Of a stretch of DNA of 64,000 nucleotides, positions 17,546 through 27,640 are shown piece after piece. Numbering within the stretch: the first letter of the stretch is position 1; every line of letters begins with the position of its first letter. Both the position numbers and the translations under genes were made by a program. The stretch is from Microgenomates group bacterium (GTDB taxonomy: Bacteria; Patescibacteriota; Microgenomatia; PFEM01; JBNASD01). The DNA lies in the NCBI GenBank assembly GCA_049720225.1, contig JBNASD010000003.1, positions 143-64,142 of the forward strand. Reading direction: 5' to 3'. The notes beneath the pieces were generated by a model. That model did not search any database. It worked only from the letters and a program-made list of their open reading frames with translations, and had not been told where the DNA came from.

Positions 17546-19525
17546 TCTCTTCGGGCATTCTATTCCCAACAATTCTAACCCATTTTTAATAATCTGCCCT
17601 ACCGCTGAAGTTAAAAGCAAACGAAAATGGCGAATATTTTCTTTCTGTTTTTCTTTTAATTTCTCGGAAACTTCATTTACTTCAGGTTCTAAAATTGGCC
17701 ATTTATTATAAAAGAAATTAAATTTCCCTGCCAAATCATATAAATAATTACAAATTAGATTAGGAGCAAAATTTTGCCCGGCTTCCAAAATTACTTCCGG
17801 AAACTTATAAATTTCTCGCAACAAAGCAATTTCTTCAGAATTTAATTTTAGAGATTTAAAATTTGAGCTTTGCGCTTTGAGCTTTGCGCTTTGAGCTTTG
17901 CGAAGCACACTTTGCGTCCGCGCGTAAGTATATTGTAAATAAGGACCGGAGTTCCCCTCCAAGGACAACGATTCATCAATATCAAAATAAATAGTGGTTT
18001 CTCGGGCAAACTTTAAAAGACTATATTTCAATGCTCCTCCTGCTACTTTTTCCGCCAAATTATCAAGTTGGTTTTTGGATAATTTTCCTCGTAATTCCTG
18101 ATTTGAGGCTTTAATAATCTCCAAAGCTTTGTTTTTTAATTCTTCCAGAATTTCATCGGCCATTACTACATCTCCTTTTCGGGTGGCCATTTTCCCTCCG
18201 CCTTTAAAATTAATTAAGGCATAACCTAAATGAAACAATTTTTCTTTTTTGGCGATTCCCAGTTGTTCGCAAATCGTAAATAATTGTTTAAAATATAAAC
18301 TTTGTTCTTCGCCAATACACCAAATATATAAATCTGAGGGAAATTTTTGGCACTTAAGTTTTGTTAATGCTAAATCTTGAGTGATATACAAAGCGGTTCC
18401 GTCAGATTTTTCTACCACCGTATCGGGTAAGTTATATTTTGATAGATTAGTTACCACCGCTCCTTCACTAAGGCGAAAAACCCCTTTTTTTAATCCCAGT
18501 TTGACAATTTCTTTTCCCAATTTATAGTGATCTGATTCATACCAAACCCAATCATGAATACTCCCTACTCGTTTATAAGTTTGGGCATAGCCATCAGCTG
18601 ACCAAGAAAGAATTTTTTGCCACAAAATTAATAGCGTTCCTTTTTTTGCTTTTCGGGGCGAAGAATATTTTTCTGCTTCTTCTTCCCAAGTCTTCAACAT
18701 CTCTCCTATTTCTTTTTTTACTCTCTCTGATAATTCATAAGCGCGGGAACCTAAAACATACCAACGTAAATTAGCGTGGTCGGGTTTAAGTTGTAAATCT
18801 TTATAAGTTAACCATTTTTTGGGATTTCTTAACCATTCTTCAAGTAGCTCCTGCCATTTCTTTTTAGCAATCACTTTTTTTATCTGCTGAGTGGTAATTT
18901 CCCGGAAATTTTTAAGGTGGGTTTTAGTTAAACCTGAGTTTTTGGAAGCAAAAACCAAATAACCCCAAAGCGCTTTACAAATATGAACTCCCCGATCGTT
19001 AACGACGCAGTCTTTAGTCACCTTTGCCCCCAAACTTTCCAAAATTCTAGACACCGTCATTCCTAAAAAATTATTCCGCAGATGCCCTAACATAATCGTT
19101 GTTTGGGGATTAGGACTGGTGTGTTCCAATAAAATTTTTTTACCCGCTAAAACAGAGGTTTGTCCAAATTTTTCTTTTTTTCTTAGCGCTTCAATAGCCT
19201 GATTGATAAGATAATCATTTTGGAGCCATATATTTATAAAACCTGGAGAAGCAACCTCTATTTTTCCTATAAAATCAGGAACGCCTTTTTCTCGAAAGGC
19301 ATTAACAATTGCATTGGCGAAATCTAAAGGATTAGAATATTTTTTTCCCAAAGAAGAAAAAAGTCTTAAAGCAACACCAGTGGCATAATCTCCATGGTCT
19401 TTTTCCAGAGGATGCTCTAAGGTAATAAAAGAGATATCTAATTTTTCTCCGGTAATTTTTTTAACCGCTTCCCCTAAAAGACAACGAATTTGATAATTTA
19501 AAGTTTCTTTATCTTCAAATTTCAT
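17540..19525 (-). CDS. argS: arginine--tRNA ligase
   Basis: Class I HIGH-type motif TIMLGHLRNNFLG, ArgS anticodon-binding C-terminus; 661 aa. Confidence 0.85.
   Translation of the reverse strand: MKFEDKETLNYQIRCLLGEAVKKITGEKLDISFITLEHPLEKDHGDYATGVALRLFSSLGKKYSNPLDFANAIVNAFREKGVPDFIGKIEVASPGFINIWLQNDYLINQAIEALRKKEKFGQTSVLAGKKILLEHTSPNPQTTIMLGHLRNNFLGMTVSRILESLGAKVTKDCVVNDRGVHICKALWGYLVFASKNSGLTKTHLKNFREITTQQIKKVIAKKKWQELLEEWLRNPKKWLTYKDLQLKPDHANLRWYVLGSRAYELSERVKKEIGEMLKTWEEEAEKYSSPRKAKKGTLLILWQKILSWSADGYAQTYKRVGSIHDWVWYESDHYKLGKEIVKLGLKKGVFRLSEGAVVTNLSKYNLPDTVVEKSDGTALYITQDLALTKLKCQKFPSDLYIWCIGEEQSLYFKQLFTICEQLGIAKKEKLFHLGYALINFKGGGKMATRKGDVVMADEILEELKNKALEIIKASNQELRGKLSKNQLDNLAEKVAGGALKYSLLKFARETTIYFDIDESLSLEGNSGPYLQYTYARTQSVLRKAQSAKLKAQSSNFKSLKLNSEEIALLREIYKFPEVILEAGQNFAPNLICNYLYDLAGKFNFFYNKWPILEPEVNEVSEKLKEKQKENIRHFRLLLTSAVGQIIKNGLELLGIECPKRM
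17864..17901. repeat. 14-nt tandem repeat (GAGCTTTGCGCTTT x ~2.7) inside argS
   Basis: Directly visible; in frame as a 42-nt block, encodes AKLKAQSAKLKAQS. Confidence 0.6.
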
Positions 19526-19765
19526 TGATTTATTTTATCATTTTTTTAAAATTTTGTTAAAATGAATTTATGGATGAACCAAAGGAACAATCAATTCCTC
19601 CTTTAACTCCAACAGAATTAAAAGGAACTCCCGCTCGTCGACCAACAGCAGATGAATTTCGTCAACAAGCAGGAGTTTAGTAGATAAATCAAAAGAAAAA
19701 AGATAGATTGCCCTTTCTAAAAATTCTAAAAAATTGGAATCGTTATTAAATTAAAATTAATAAAA

Positions 19766-21934
19766 TTAAATAATTCTTAAACTCCCCTTCTGAATATCAA
19801 CCTTTATCTTTTTCCCCGCTTTAATCTTCCCCTCCAAAATCCGTAAAGCAATTTCATCAACAATTTTCTCCTCCAAAACTCGCCTTAAAGGACGAGCACC
19901 AAAAACGGGGTCAAATCCTATTTTTACCAGATAATCCTTGGCTGAAGGAGAAACTTCTAAGGTCAATTTTTGTTCTCCTAATCGTTGATTTATTTTTTCT
20001 AACTCCTTTTCCAAAATTTGACGAATCATTTCTTGATCCAATGGCCGGTAAACTACAATTGCATCCAATCGATTAAGAAACTCCGGCCGGAAAAACCGAT
20101 GAACTAATTCCATTATCTTCCTTTCTTCCTCTTCATTGACACTTTTTGCCACCTGTCCAGTTTTGTCAATTCTTCCTTTTTTAATCTCTTCCTGAAAAAT
20201 TTCGCTTCCTAGATTGGAGGTTAAAATAATAATTGTATTGCGAAAATCAACTGTCCTTCCTCGCCCATCGGTTAACCGCCCATCATCTAAAATCTGTAAA
20301 AATAAATTAAAAACTTGAGGATGAGCTTTTTCTGCTTCGTCAAACAAAATCACGCTGTAAGGTTTACGCCGAACTGCTTCGGTTAACTGCCCCCCTTCTT
20401 CAAAACCAACATAACCAGGAGGAGCACCGATTAAACGGGAAACAGTGTGTGCTTCCTGATATTCTGATAAATCAATTCTAATTAAAGCTTTTTCGTCATT
20501 AAACAATGCCCAAGCTAACGCTTTGGCGGTTTCCGTTTTTCCCACTCCCGTTGGTCCTAAAAATAAAAACGAACCAATTGGCCGACGCGCCTCCGCCAAC
20601 CCTGAACGAGCTCGCCTGACTGCCCGGGCAATTTGTCTTAATGCTTCGTCTTGACCAATAACCCGCTGTTTCAACTCTTCTTCCAACTTAAGCAATCTTT
20701 CTGCTTCAGAAGTTAGTAATCTTGATACAGGAATCCCCGTCCAGCGAGAAACAATTTTGGCAATATCTTCTTCATCGACTGCCTCTTTTAATAAGCGCTC
20801 CTCAGGAGGAATTGCTAACCATTGTCTTTCTAATTCGGCAACCTCTTTCTCAATTTGGGGAATTTTGCCATATTTAAGCTCAGCTGCTTTGTTTAAATCA
20901 ACTTCTCGCTCTGCTTTTTCTAACTCTCCTTTCAATTTATCCAACTCCACCCTCTTTTCCTGAAGGCGAGAAATAATTCCTTTTTGCTCCTCCCAAGCTT
21001 TTTGGAGTTTAGCAAACTTATCTTTCAACTGCTTAATTTCTTCTTCCAATTTCTTTTTTCTTCCTTCCAGTCCCTTTTCTTTTTTTAAGGCGGCTAATTC
21101 TATTTCTAATTGGGTAATTTTTCGCTTTATCTCATCGAGGCTATAAGGCATTGAATCAATTTCGATTCTGGCTGAGGCGGCTGCCTCGTCAACCAAATCA
21201 ATAGCTTTATCAGGCAAAAATCGGTCGGTAATATAACGCACCGAAAGATTGACGGCAGCAATTAAAGCATCATCGGTAATTTTTACTCCATGATGAACTT
21301 CGTATTTTTCTTTAATCCCCCGCAAAATAGCCAAAGCATCTTCAGGTGTCGGTTCGTCAACATAAACTGGCTGAAATCGCCGTTCCAACGCCGCGTCTTT
21401 TTCAATATATTGACGATACTCCCGAACAGTAGTGGCGCCAATGGCATGTAAAGTTCCTCTGGCTAAAGCCGGTTTTAAAATATTACTGGCATCAACCGCT
21501 CCTTCTGCTCCACCAGCTCCAACGATGGTATGTAATTCATCAATAAATAAAATATAACGACCTTCGGATTCTTCAATTGCTTTAATTAATTTTTTTAACC
21601 GCTCTTCAAATTCTCCCCGAAAAGCAGTTCCTGCTAAAAGCGAAGCAATGTCTAAGGCTAAAATTTCTTTATTAGCTAAAGTTTGGGGGACATCACCACT
21701 CACGATTCGCTGCGCTAAACCTTCAACAATAGCAGTTTTCCCTACTCCCGGATCGCCTAATAAAACGGGGTTGTTTTTGGTTCTTCGAGATAAAATTTGC
21801 ATTACCCGGCGAATTTCATAATCACGACCAATTATCGGGTCTAATTTTCCTGCCCGGGCTTTTTCAGTTAAATTTATAGTATATTTCTCTAAAGGATTTC
21901 CCTGGTCTTGAGGTGGTTCGTAGTGAAGTTCCAT
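19766..21934 (-). CDS. clpB: ClpB-type AAA+ disaggregase chaperone lacking the N-terminal Clp_N domain
   Basis: Two Walker A motifs ([15 protein letters not shown]; [15 protein letters not shown]), coiled-coil M-domain ([18 protein letters not shown]...[10 protein letters not shown]), sensor-2 GARPLRR; starts at the linker before NBD1. Confidence 0.8.
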   Translation of the reverse strand: MELHYEPPQDQGNPLEKYTINLTEKARAGKLDPIIGRDYEIRRVMQILSRRTKNNPVLLGDPGVGKTAIVEGLAQRIVSGDVPQTLANKEILALDIASLLAGTAFRGEFEERLKKLIKAIEESEGRYILFIDELHTIVGAGGAEGAVDASNILKPALARGTLHAIGATTVREYRQYIEKDAALERRFQPVYVDEPTPEDALAILRGIKEKYEVHHGVKITDDALIAAVNLSVRYITDRFLPDKAIDLVDEAAASARIEIDSMPYSLDEIKRKITQLEIELAALKKEKGLEGRKKKLEEEIKQLKDKFAKLQKAWEEQKGIISRLQEKRVELDKLKGELEKAEREVDLNKAAELKYGKIPQIEKEVAELERQWLAIPPEERLLKEAVDEEDIAKIVSRWTGIPVSRLLTSEAERLLKLEEELKQRVIGQDEALRQIARAVRRARSGLAEARRPIGSFLFLGPTGVGKTETAKALAWALFNDEKALIRIDLSEYQEAHTVSRLIGAPPGYVGFEEGGQLTEAVRRKPYSVILFDEAEKAHPQVFNLFLQILDDGRLTDGRGRTVDFRNTIIILTSNLGSEIFQEEIKKGRIDKTGQVAKSVNEEEERKIMELVHRFFRPEFLNRLDAIVVYRPLDQEMIRQILEKELEKINQRLGEQKLTLEVSPSAKDYLVKIGFDPVFGARPLRRVLEEKIVDEIALRILEGKIKAGKKIKVDIQKGSLRII

Positions 21935-21971
21935 ATAAATATTTTAATTAATTTCTTTCTAAAAAACAATT

Positions 21972-22009
21972 TCCCTAGGTGTCAATATAAATCCACCCCT
22001 TAGGTGGGA
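21972..22009. repeat. palindromic repeat element, full copy 1 (TCCCTAGGTGTCAATATAAA + TCCACCCCTTAGGTGGGA hairpin)
   Basis: 6-bp stem TCCACC/GGTGGA with CCTTA loop; 5' extension shared with copies at 34539 and 38503. Confidence 0.7.
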
Positions 22010-22068
22010 AAGGTTGGAAGAGGGCGAAAAAAATTTATTAAATACAACAATTATCGTTAAGGATATTT

Positions 22069-22896
22069 TTAATATAAAGCTTCGTTTAGTCTTTCTCCTA
22101 TTCTTCTTAACAAACCAAATCGCCAACCAAAGGGAACTTCTACTCTTAAAAACTTTATTGAAGATCCTGATTCTTTGGTAGCTTTAGTTAATTCCCATAA
22201 AATTCCCTTTCTTTGAAAAAATAACTTTAAGTCCTTAGAAGTAGGAGGATGAATATCTACTACTTCAATCCAGGGCAAAAAATCCCTCCATTGCCTTTCC
22301 CATTGAGAAAAATTTTGAGTAGGCCTTCCTCTTAAACTAATACTTGGTGAAGTTGGTAATGAAAGAAGATGAGCGGGATCAAAAACTAAACCTAATCCCT
22401 GCTGCTCTTGAAGCCAATCTTTAAATTGAAAATAGGAAAGTGAGATGCCAGGATTAATCTCTAAAATCGTCCTTCCTGGAAATCTTTCAATCATCTCTAC
22501 TTCATGGGTAATAAATTTTGCGGTTGAAAAAATTTCCATTAAATAATCAACCATTTTCCTACTGGTATCTTTTCCGGGAAACAAAGAGTCTTGAAGAATC
22601 GAACGGCTTTTATCTCCTAAAACTCTTTTGAAATAACCAAAAATTCCTTCTGCCACCGCCATTGGTAAAAAATCGTAAGGAGTTGGATTCCAAGCGTCTT
22701 CAATATGAACAATTGTTAATGGTAGTAAAGGAATTTCCTTTTTTTGAGAAATTCCTCTAAAAGGAAGAAGGCAAGCATAAGAATATCCTGCCTCTACTAC
22801 TTTTTGACACAAAAAAGCAAAAGTCTTTTCAGTAAGCGTAAGAGGCAAACCTCCTGCCAAATTACACTCCAAGTCTAAAGATTTTCTTTCCTTCAT
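22069..22896 (-). CDS. hypothetical protein
   Basis: 275 aa ORF, no confident family assignment. Confidence 0.45.
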   Translation of the reverse strand: MKERKSLDLECNLAGGLPLTLTEKTFAFLCQKVVEAGYSYACLLPFRGISQKKEIPLLPLTIVHIEDAWNPTPYDFLPMAVAEGIFGYFKRVLGDKSRSILQDSLFPGKDTSRKMVDYLMEIFSTAKFITHEVEMIERFPGRTILEINPGISLSYFQFKDWLQEQQGLGLVFDPAHLLSLPTSPSISLRGRPTQNFSQWERQWRDFLPWIEVVDIHPPTSKDLKLFFQRKGILWELTKATKESGSSIKFLRVEVPFGWRFGLLRRIGERLNEALY

Positions 22897-22934
22897 TGAG
22901 GAAATTATACTATAAGATATAGGAATAATCCAAA

Positions 22935-22952
22935 TCCACCCCTTAGGTGGGA
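22935..22952. repeat. palindromic hairpin repeat, copy 2 (TCCACCCCTTAGGTGGGA)
   Basis: Identical 18-mer to copy 1 core; in the divergent intergenic region. Confidence 0.65.
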
Positions 22953-22982
22953 AGTAAAAAATAAAAATGATAAAATGAAAAG

Positions 22983-23957
22983 GTGGGGCAAAAAATTTCC
23001 AAAAAGGAAAAATCTCCCAATGAAATTGCCAAACAATTTCATTGGGATTTTAACTGGCTAAATTTAAATCAATCAGAAAAAGAAATTGATAATTTTTTAG
23101 CAAACCAATCGAAATTTTTTCCTTCCAATCCTCAAAAAATTTTAGAAATTTTTCAAGACGGAATTTCATTAACTAATAAAGCCTGGCAAACTCTTTTTCC
23201 TCAATCCCCTCCTTTATATTATCACAATCAAGATCACGCCGTTATAACCGGGATTATTACTTTTAAATTATTTTTGGGAGCAATTGTTTACCATCAACTA
23301 AAAATTTCTCGAGCTGAAAACCTTATTCAGCTTATTTATCTTGTCTCCCTTTTTCATGAAATTAATGATTGGTGGAATCTTCCTTCTCTTCGTCAAGAAA
23401 AAGGTTATTCGCAAAGATTTAATGAAGTTAAAAACTTAATTCTTCATTACTTTAAAGAAAATCAACTTTCTTCTTTTGATTTTAACCGTCTTTTATTATT
23501 AAACAACTTTAATAAATCACCTTTAGAAGGTATCTTTGAAGCGAAAAATTTAAATCCAAAGGATAAAGAAAATTTTCTGCCCCTTAATAATGTTCCTTCC
23601 TTAATTGATTCTCTCTCCTCTTCTTATCAAAATCTTCTTTGGCAAATTTTTAGTAACTGTCTGAATGCGGCTGATTTTTTTCAAGTCCTTAATCCGGCTC
23701 ATAAAAAAGAGGTAAATATTTTAGTGGGAAATAAAATCTATCCCAATAAAAGACAAGGAGCGGTTGTTCTTGCCGTTGAATGCCAAAAAATAAGACCAAA
23801 GGCGTTAAAAAAATTGGGATGGGCTAATAAAGAAGGAAAAATTGACTGGAATAAAGTAAAAACTACCAAAGAATTTCTAATTTTTGCCAAAGAAAGAATT
23901 AAACCCGCTTTGCCATACTTAGAATTTTTTAAAAGGTTTTCCTCTTCGGAAAAATAA
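22983..23957 (+). CDS. hypothetical protein
   Basis: 324 aa ORF; no recognisable motifs. Confidence 0.45.
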   Translation: MGQKISKKEKSPNEIAKQFHWDFNWLNLNQSEKEIDNFLANQSKFFPSNPQKILEIFQDGISLTNKAWQTLFPQSPPLYYHNQDHAVITGIITFKLFLGAIVYHQLKISRAENLIQLIYLVSLFHEINDWWNLPSLRQEKGYSQRFNEVKNLILHYFKENQLSSFDFNRLLLLNNFNKSPLEGIFEAKNLNPKDKENFLPLNNVPSLIDSLSSSYQNLLWQIFSNCLNAADFFQVLNPAHKKEVNILVGNKIYPNKRQGAVVLAVECQKIRPKALKKLGWANKEGKIDWNKVKTTKEFLIFAKERIKPALPYLEFFKRFSSSEK

Positions 23958-24028
23958 TTGACAAAATTAGATAAGTGGTAAAAAATGTTAAAAAAATATT
24001 TAGACGATACTCTTATTAGTTTAATAAA

Positions 24029-25303
24029 ATGAAAAAACTCTTTTTGCTTTTGGTAATAATTCTTGGCTCGGCTATTGCTTTTTCTGCCGGTTGGTTTAGT
24101 CGTGGGTTAATAATTAAAAGAAATCCTTCTCCTTCTAATCCCCATTTAGCCTTTTTGGAAGAAGTTAAGGAAACTATTAAACAAAACTACTGGGAAAGAA
24201 TTCCCGAGGAACAATTAGGGGAACTTTTTTTATCCGCTGGAGAAAAAGTCAGTGGCCAACCCCAATTAAGAAAAAAAACTGACCCCCAAACTCTCTGGCA
24301 AAGCCTTGAAAAAATTTTGGAAAAAATTCCGGAAGAAAAAAAGATTGATTTTGTTACTCAAGTCGCAGACTTAGTTTTAACCAATCTCCAACCTGTTGAT
24401 CGTTCTCGCCTTTACACCCAAAAAGAAGAAAAATCATTAGCAGAAGCAGTTTACAATGTCACTAATGAAGATTTTTATCAAACTTTAGAAGTACCCAAAC
24501 AAGCTAATGAAGAAGAAATTACCAAAGCTTACCAAGAAAAAAAGACTCAACTAGAAAAAGAAGCTTCTTTTTCTCCTACCGCTTCCGCTCAGTTAAAAAA
24601 ACTTCAAAAGGCTTACCAAACTTTAAGTGAAAAAGAAAACCGTCAATTTTATGACCAAGCAGGAATTGAACCAACAATTGAATACGCTTTATTACATCCT
24701 GATGTTTTACACTTACATTTAAAAAAGATCTCCCCTACTTCTCTGGAGGAACTCCAACGAGTTACCCAAAAATTTGATAAAGACGGTGGGCCAACAAGTT
24801 TAATTTTGGATTTACGTGATAATGTGGGCGGATCGCTGGATATTTTACCTTATTTACTTGGTCCTTTTATTGGCCCGGATAGCGAAGCTTTTCGTCTTTA
24901 TCAGCAAGGAGAAAAACACCCTTTTCGCACCCAAACTGGTTGGTTACCTTCTTTGGTTCGTTATAAAAAGGTAGTCATTTTAATCAATCAAAATACTCAA
25001 TCCTCAGCGGAAGCAATGGCGGGAGCGTTAAAAAAATATAATGTCGGTGTTTTGGTAGGAACACCAACTAAGGGCTGGGGTACGATAGAAAGAGTCTTTC
25101 CTCTTACCAACCAAATCTCTCAAAATATAAAATACTCTATCTTTTTAGTACACAGCCTTGTTTTAGCGGATGATGGTCAACCCATTGAAGGGAGAGGAAT
25201 TCAACCTACGATTGATATTAACAATCCCAACTGGAAAAAAGAATTAGAAAATTACTTTAATTATCCTTCTTTAATTGAAGCGGTTTCTCAATTAGTAAAA
25301 TAA
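24029..25303 (+). CDS. membrane-anchored S41-family (C-terminal processing/tail-specific) peptidase
   Basis: N-terminal TM; LILDLRDNVGGSLD and VVILINQNTQSSAEAMAGALKKYNVGVLVGTPTKGWGT match S41 catalytic-region consensus. Confidence 0.7.
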   Translation: MKKLFLLLVIILGSAIAFSAGWFSRGLIIKRNPSPSNPHLAFLEEVKETIKQNYWERIPEEQLGELFLSAGEKVSGQPQLRKKTDPQTLWQSLEKILEKIPEEKKIDFVTQVADLVLTNLQPVDRSRLYTQKEEKSLAEAVYNVTNEDFYQTLEVPKQANEEEITKAYQEKKTQLEKEASFSPTASAQLKKLQKAYQTLSEKENRQFYDQAGIEPTIEYALLHPDVLHLHLKKISPTSLEELQRVTQKFDKDGGPTSLILDLRDNVGGSLDILPYLLGPFIGPDSEAFRLYQQGEKHPFRTQTGWLPSLVRYKKVVILINQNTQSSAEAMAGALKKYNVGVLVGTPTKGWGTIERVFPLTNQISQNIKYSIFLVHSLVLADDGQPIEGRGIQPTIDINNPNWKKELENYFNYPSLIEAVSQLVK

Positions 25304-25307
25304 ACCT

Positions 25308-26243
25308 TTAATTAACCAGATACCATTTTTTTCCATCACTTACTATCTCAATTTCTCCCTCTAAATCAGTGCGGTAAACTTCTATTCCTAATGATTTTAA
25401 TCTTTCTAAAACTTCAGCAGTGGGATGTCCCCACCGATTATTGGCTCCCACGGAAATTATTGCTATTTTAGGATTGATGGTTTTTAAAAACTCTTCAGAA
25501 CTGGAATATTTGCTTCCGTGATGAGGTATTTTTAAAACTTCAATTTCCCTAGGATTAAATTGATAGAAAGAAATAATTTTCTTCTCCTCTTTTATTCCAA
25601 TATCACCAGTTAATAAAGCTTGAAAATCACCAAACTCTAAAAGACTAACAATGGAAGTTTCGTTGAGATTACCTTTAAATGAAACAAAGGTAGTTCCCAA
25701 CACCGAAGAATTCGAAACCAAATTTTCCTTAGCAGACCAATCTTTAGTTTGCCAAATAATTTCTTCTCCTAATCTCTCTTCGGGAAATAAAATTTCTAAA
25801 TTAATTTCGCCAATTTTTATTCTTTCTCCTTGATGGGGGCTATAAACGGGAATTGCCCTTTTGACTACTTCTTCCCGAAATTTTTGAAAAACTCCACTTT
25901 CTGCTATTAAAGAATTACTAATAATCTGTAATATTTTATATCTTTCTATAACAGAAACTAAACCGGTTAGATGATCAAATTCCGGATGAGTTAAAATCAC
26001 TAACTCAATTTGGCGATCCCAAAAGGGCAAATGTTTGCTTAAGCAGATTAAAACTTTTTCGTTAGGTCCACCGTCTACTAAAATTTGGTTTTTCCCTTTG
26101 GTAATTAAAATTGCGTCTCCCTGTCCTACATCGCAAAAAACTAAATGAAGTTTATTATCGGGAAATTGAAAAACCGCTCCCCAAATTAAACCTGTTAATA
26201 AAAATAGAAAAATGAAAATAATCCTAAAAAAATTACGACTCAT
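25308..26243 (-). CDS. comEC: ComEC/Rec2-type metallo-beta-lactamase domain protein (C-terminal ComEC module encoded as a separate gene)
   Basis: LHLVFCDVGQGDAILITKG...LVDGGP and HPEFDHLTG MBL motifs; likely ATG start at 26243 (MSRNFFRIIFIFLFLL, own TM/signal); track start at 26282 is a TTG. Confidence 0.7.
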   Translation of the reverse strand: MSRNFFRIIFIFLFLLTGLIWGAVFQFPDNKLHLVFCDVGQGDAILITKGKNQILVDGGPNEKVLICLSKHLPFWDRQIELVILTHPEFDHLTGLVSVIERYKILQIISNSLIAESGVFQKFREEVVKRAIPVYSPHQGERIKIGEINLEILFPEERLGEEIIWQTKDWSAKENLVSNSSVLGTTFVSFKGNLNETSIVSLLEFGDFQALLTGDIGIKEEKKIISFYQFNPREIEVLKIPHHGSKYSSSEEFLKTINPKIAIISVGANNRWGHPTAEVLERLKSLGIEVYRTDLEGEIEIVSDGKKWYLVN

Positions 26244-26305
26244 ATTAATTGACAATTTTGGACAGGTGTCTGAAAATGTCAAAAATTTAAATTTAAATTT
26301 TAACT

Positions 26306-27550
26306 TTATTTTTTTCTTTTTTTAGAAAAATACCAAAAAATTCCCAAAATCAAATAATACCCTATCTCTAACCACAAAGGAAAATTTTCTGTTTTAATTA
26401 CTCCCCATGGAATTCTGGCAAAAAAATCAATAATTTTAATCATTAAAGTCAACGGTACCCAAGCAAACCAACTAGCAATTTGGGCAAAAGAGTGACAAAA
26501 TAAACCAAAAAATAAGATAATAAGACCTAAAATCATTAATAAGGGGATAAAGGGTAACACCAAAAGATTAACTAACGGGGAAAACAAACTAATTTGACCA
26601 AAATTGGCCAACAAAACCGGTAATACTCCCATTTGAGCCCCTAACGTTGTTTTTAAATTTTCCCCTGCCGCTGGTATATTAAAAATTTTTCCTTTTAAAC
26701 AAGGACCAATCAATAAAATTCCCCCCGTCGCTAAAAAAGATAATTGAAATCCCCTATCAAAATATATCAAAGGATTAATTAGTAGCATAACTCCCGCTGA
26801 AAAAATCAATGCCCTTAAAGCGTCTTTTTCTCTTCCTAAAAATTGTGCCAAATAAGTTAAGCTTCCCATAATAGCCGCCCGTACAATTGGTGGCTCTCCA
26901 CCCGCCATTAAGGTATAAATCAATATTCCTAAAAAAGAAATCACTAATGCATATTGCCGACGGATAAATTTAGTTAAAAAAACAATTAAGAGCCCAGCAA
27001 TCACGGTGATATTATATCCCGAGGCAACCACGAGATGAATCGTACCTGTTTTCCGCAAATTTTGCGTAAATTTTGCCGGCATTTGTTTTTTGGCTCCTAA
27101 AACAATGCCGGAAATTAAGCTTGCTTGAGGCTCAGGTAACACGGAAGAAAAAGTCTTTTCTAATCGCTGGCGAAAAAATAAAATTCCCTTAACTAATTTT
27201 CTTTGATTAATTAAACTCTCCTCTTCAGAAACAACATGGATGGTTGGATAATTAAATACAAACGACTTTTGAAATTTATTTATCAGCATTACGGTTGGTT
27301 TGCCAATAATTTCTAATTTTTGACCATAAAAATACTCAGGAAAAGGCTCGGTAACCACCAAAAATTGACCTAACCTAATGATCTGTTTTGATGCACTAAG
27401 ATAAGGTTGTTGGGAAACACGGGCGGTAACTTTTAAAGAAACACCTGGAGGAAGATTTTTAATTAAAGATAAAGAGGTTTGCCATAAACGAAAAAGGTAA
27501 AAAGAAAGAAAAACAATTAAAAAAACAAACCATCGCATATAATAAACCAA
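26306..27550 (-). CDS. comEC: ComEC/Rec2 competence channel, N-terminal membrane (DUF4131 + competence) part
   Basis: Polytopic; TGTIHLVVASGYNITVIAGLLIVFL matches the ComEC 'competence domain' core. Confidence 0.75.
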   Translation of the reverse strand: MVYYMRWFVFLIVFLSFYLFRLWQTSLSLIKNLPPGVSLKVTARVSQQPYLSASKQIIRLGQFLVVTEPFPEYFYGQKLEIIGKPTVMLINKFQKSFVFNYPTIHVVSEEESLINQRKLVKGILFFRQRLEKTFSSVLPEPQASLISGIVLGAKKQMPAKFTQNLRKTGTIHLVVASGYNITVIAGLLIVFLTKFIRRQYALVISFLGILIYTLMAGGEPPIVRAAIMGSLTYLAQFLGREKDALRALIFSAGVMLLINPLIYFDRGFQLSFLATGGILLIGPCLKGKIFNIPAAGENLKTTLGAQMGVLPVLLANFGQISLFSPLVNLLVLPFIPLLMILGLIILFFGLFCHSFAQIASWFAWVPLTLMIKIIDFFARIPWGVIKTENFPLWLEIGYYLILGIFWYFSKKRKK

Positions 27551-27575
27551 AATTTAAAAGAAATTAATTAAAGTT

Positions 27576-27640
27576 TTGAATTTTGGTCATTTGAATTTTG
27601 AAATTGTTTAGGATTTAGAATTTTGAATTTAGAATTTTTT
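27576..27640. repeat. solo remnant of the four-helix-bundle cassette (24-nt identity to 17477-17500 plus GGATTTAGAATTTTGAATTTAGAATTTTTT arm)
   Basis: TTTGAATTTTGGTCATTTGAATTT identical to the start-codon region of the 17153..17492 gene (minus strand encodes MTKIQ then stops); AT-repeat arm resembles the cassette inverted repeat. Confidence 0.5.

Noticed and set aside
19572-19679. 36-aa ORF (MDEPKEQSIPPLTPTELKGTPARRPTADEFRQQAGV) between clpB and argS
   Set aside because: On the opposite strand to both flanking genes, no RBS, Pro-rich low-complexity; kept out of the feature list.
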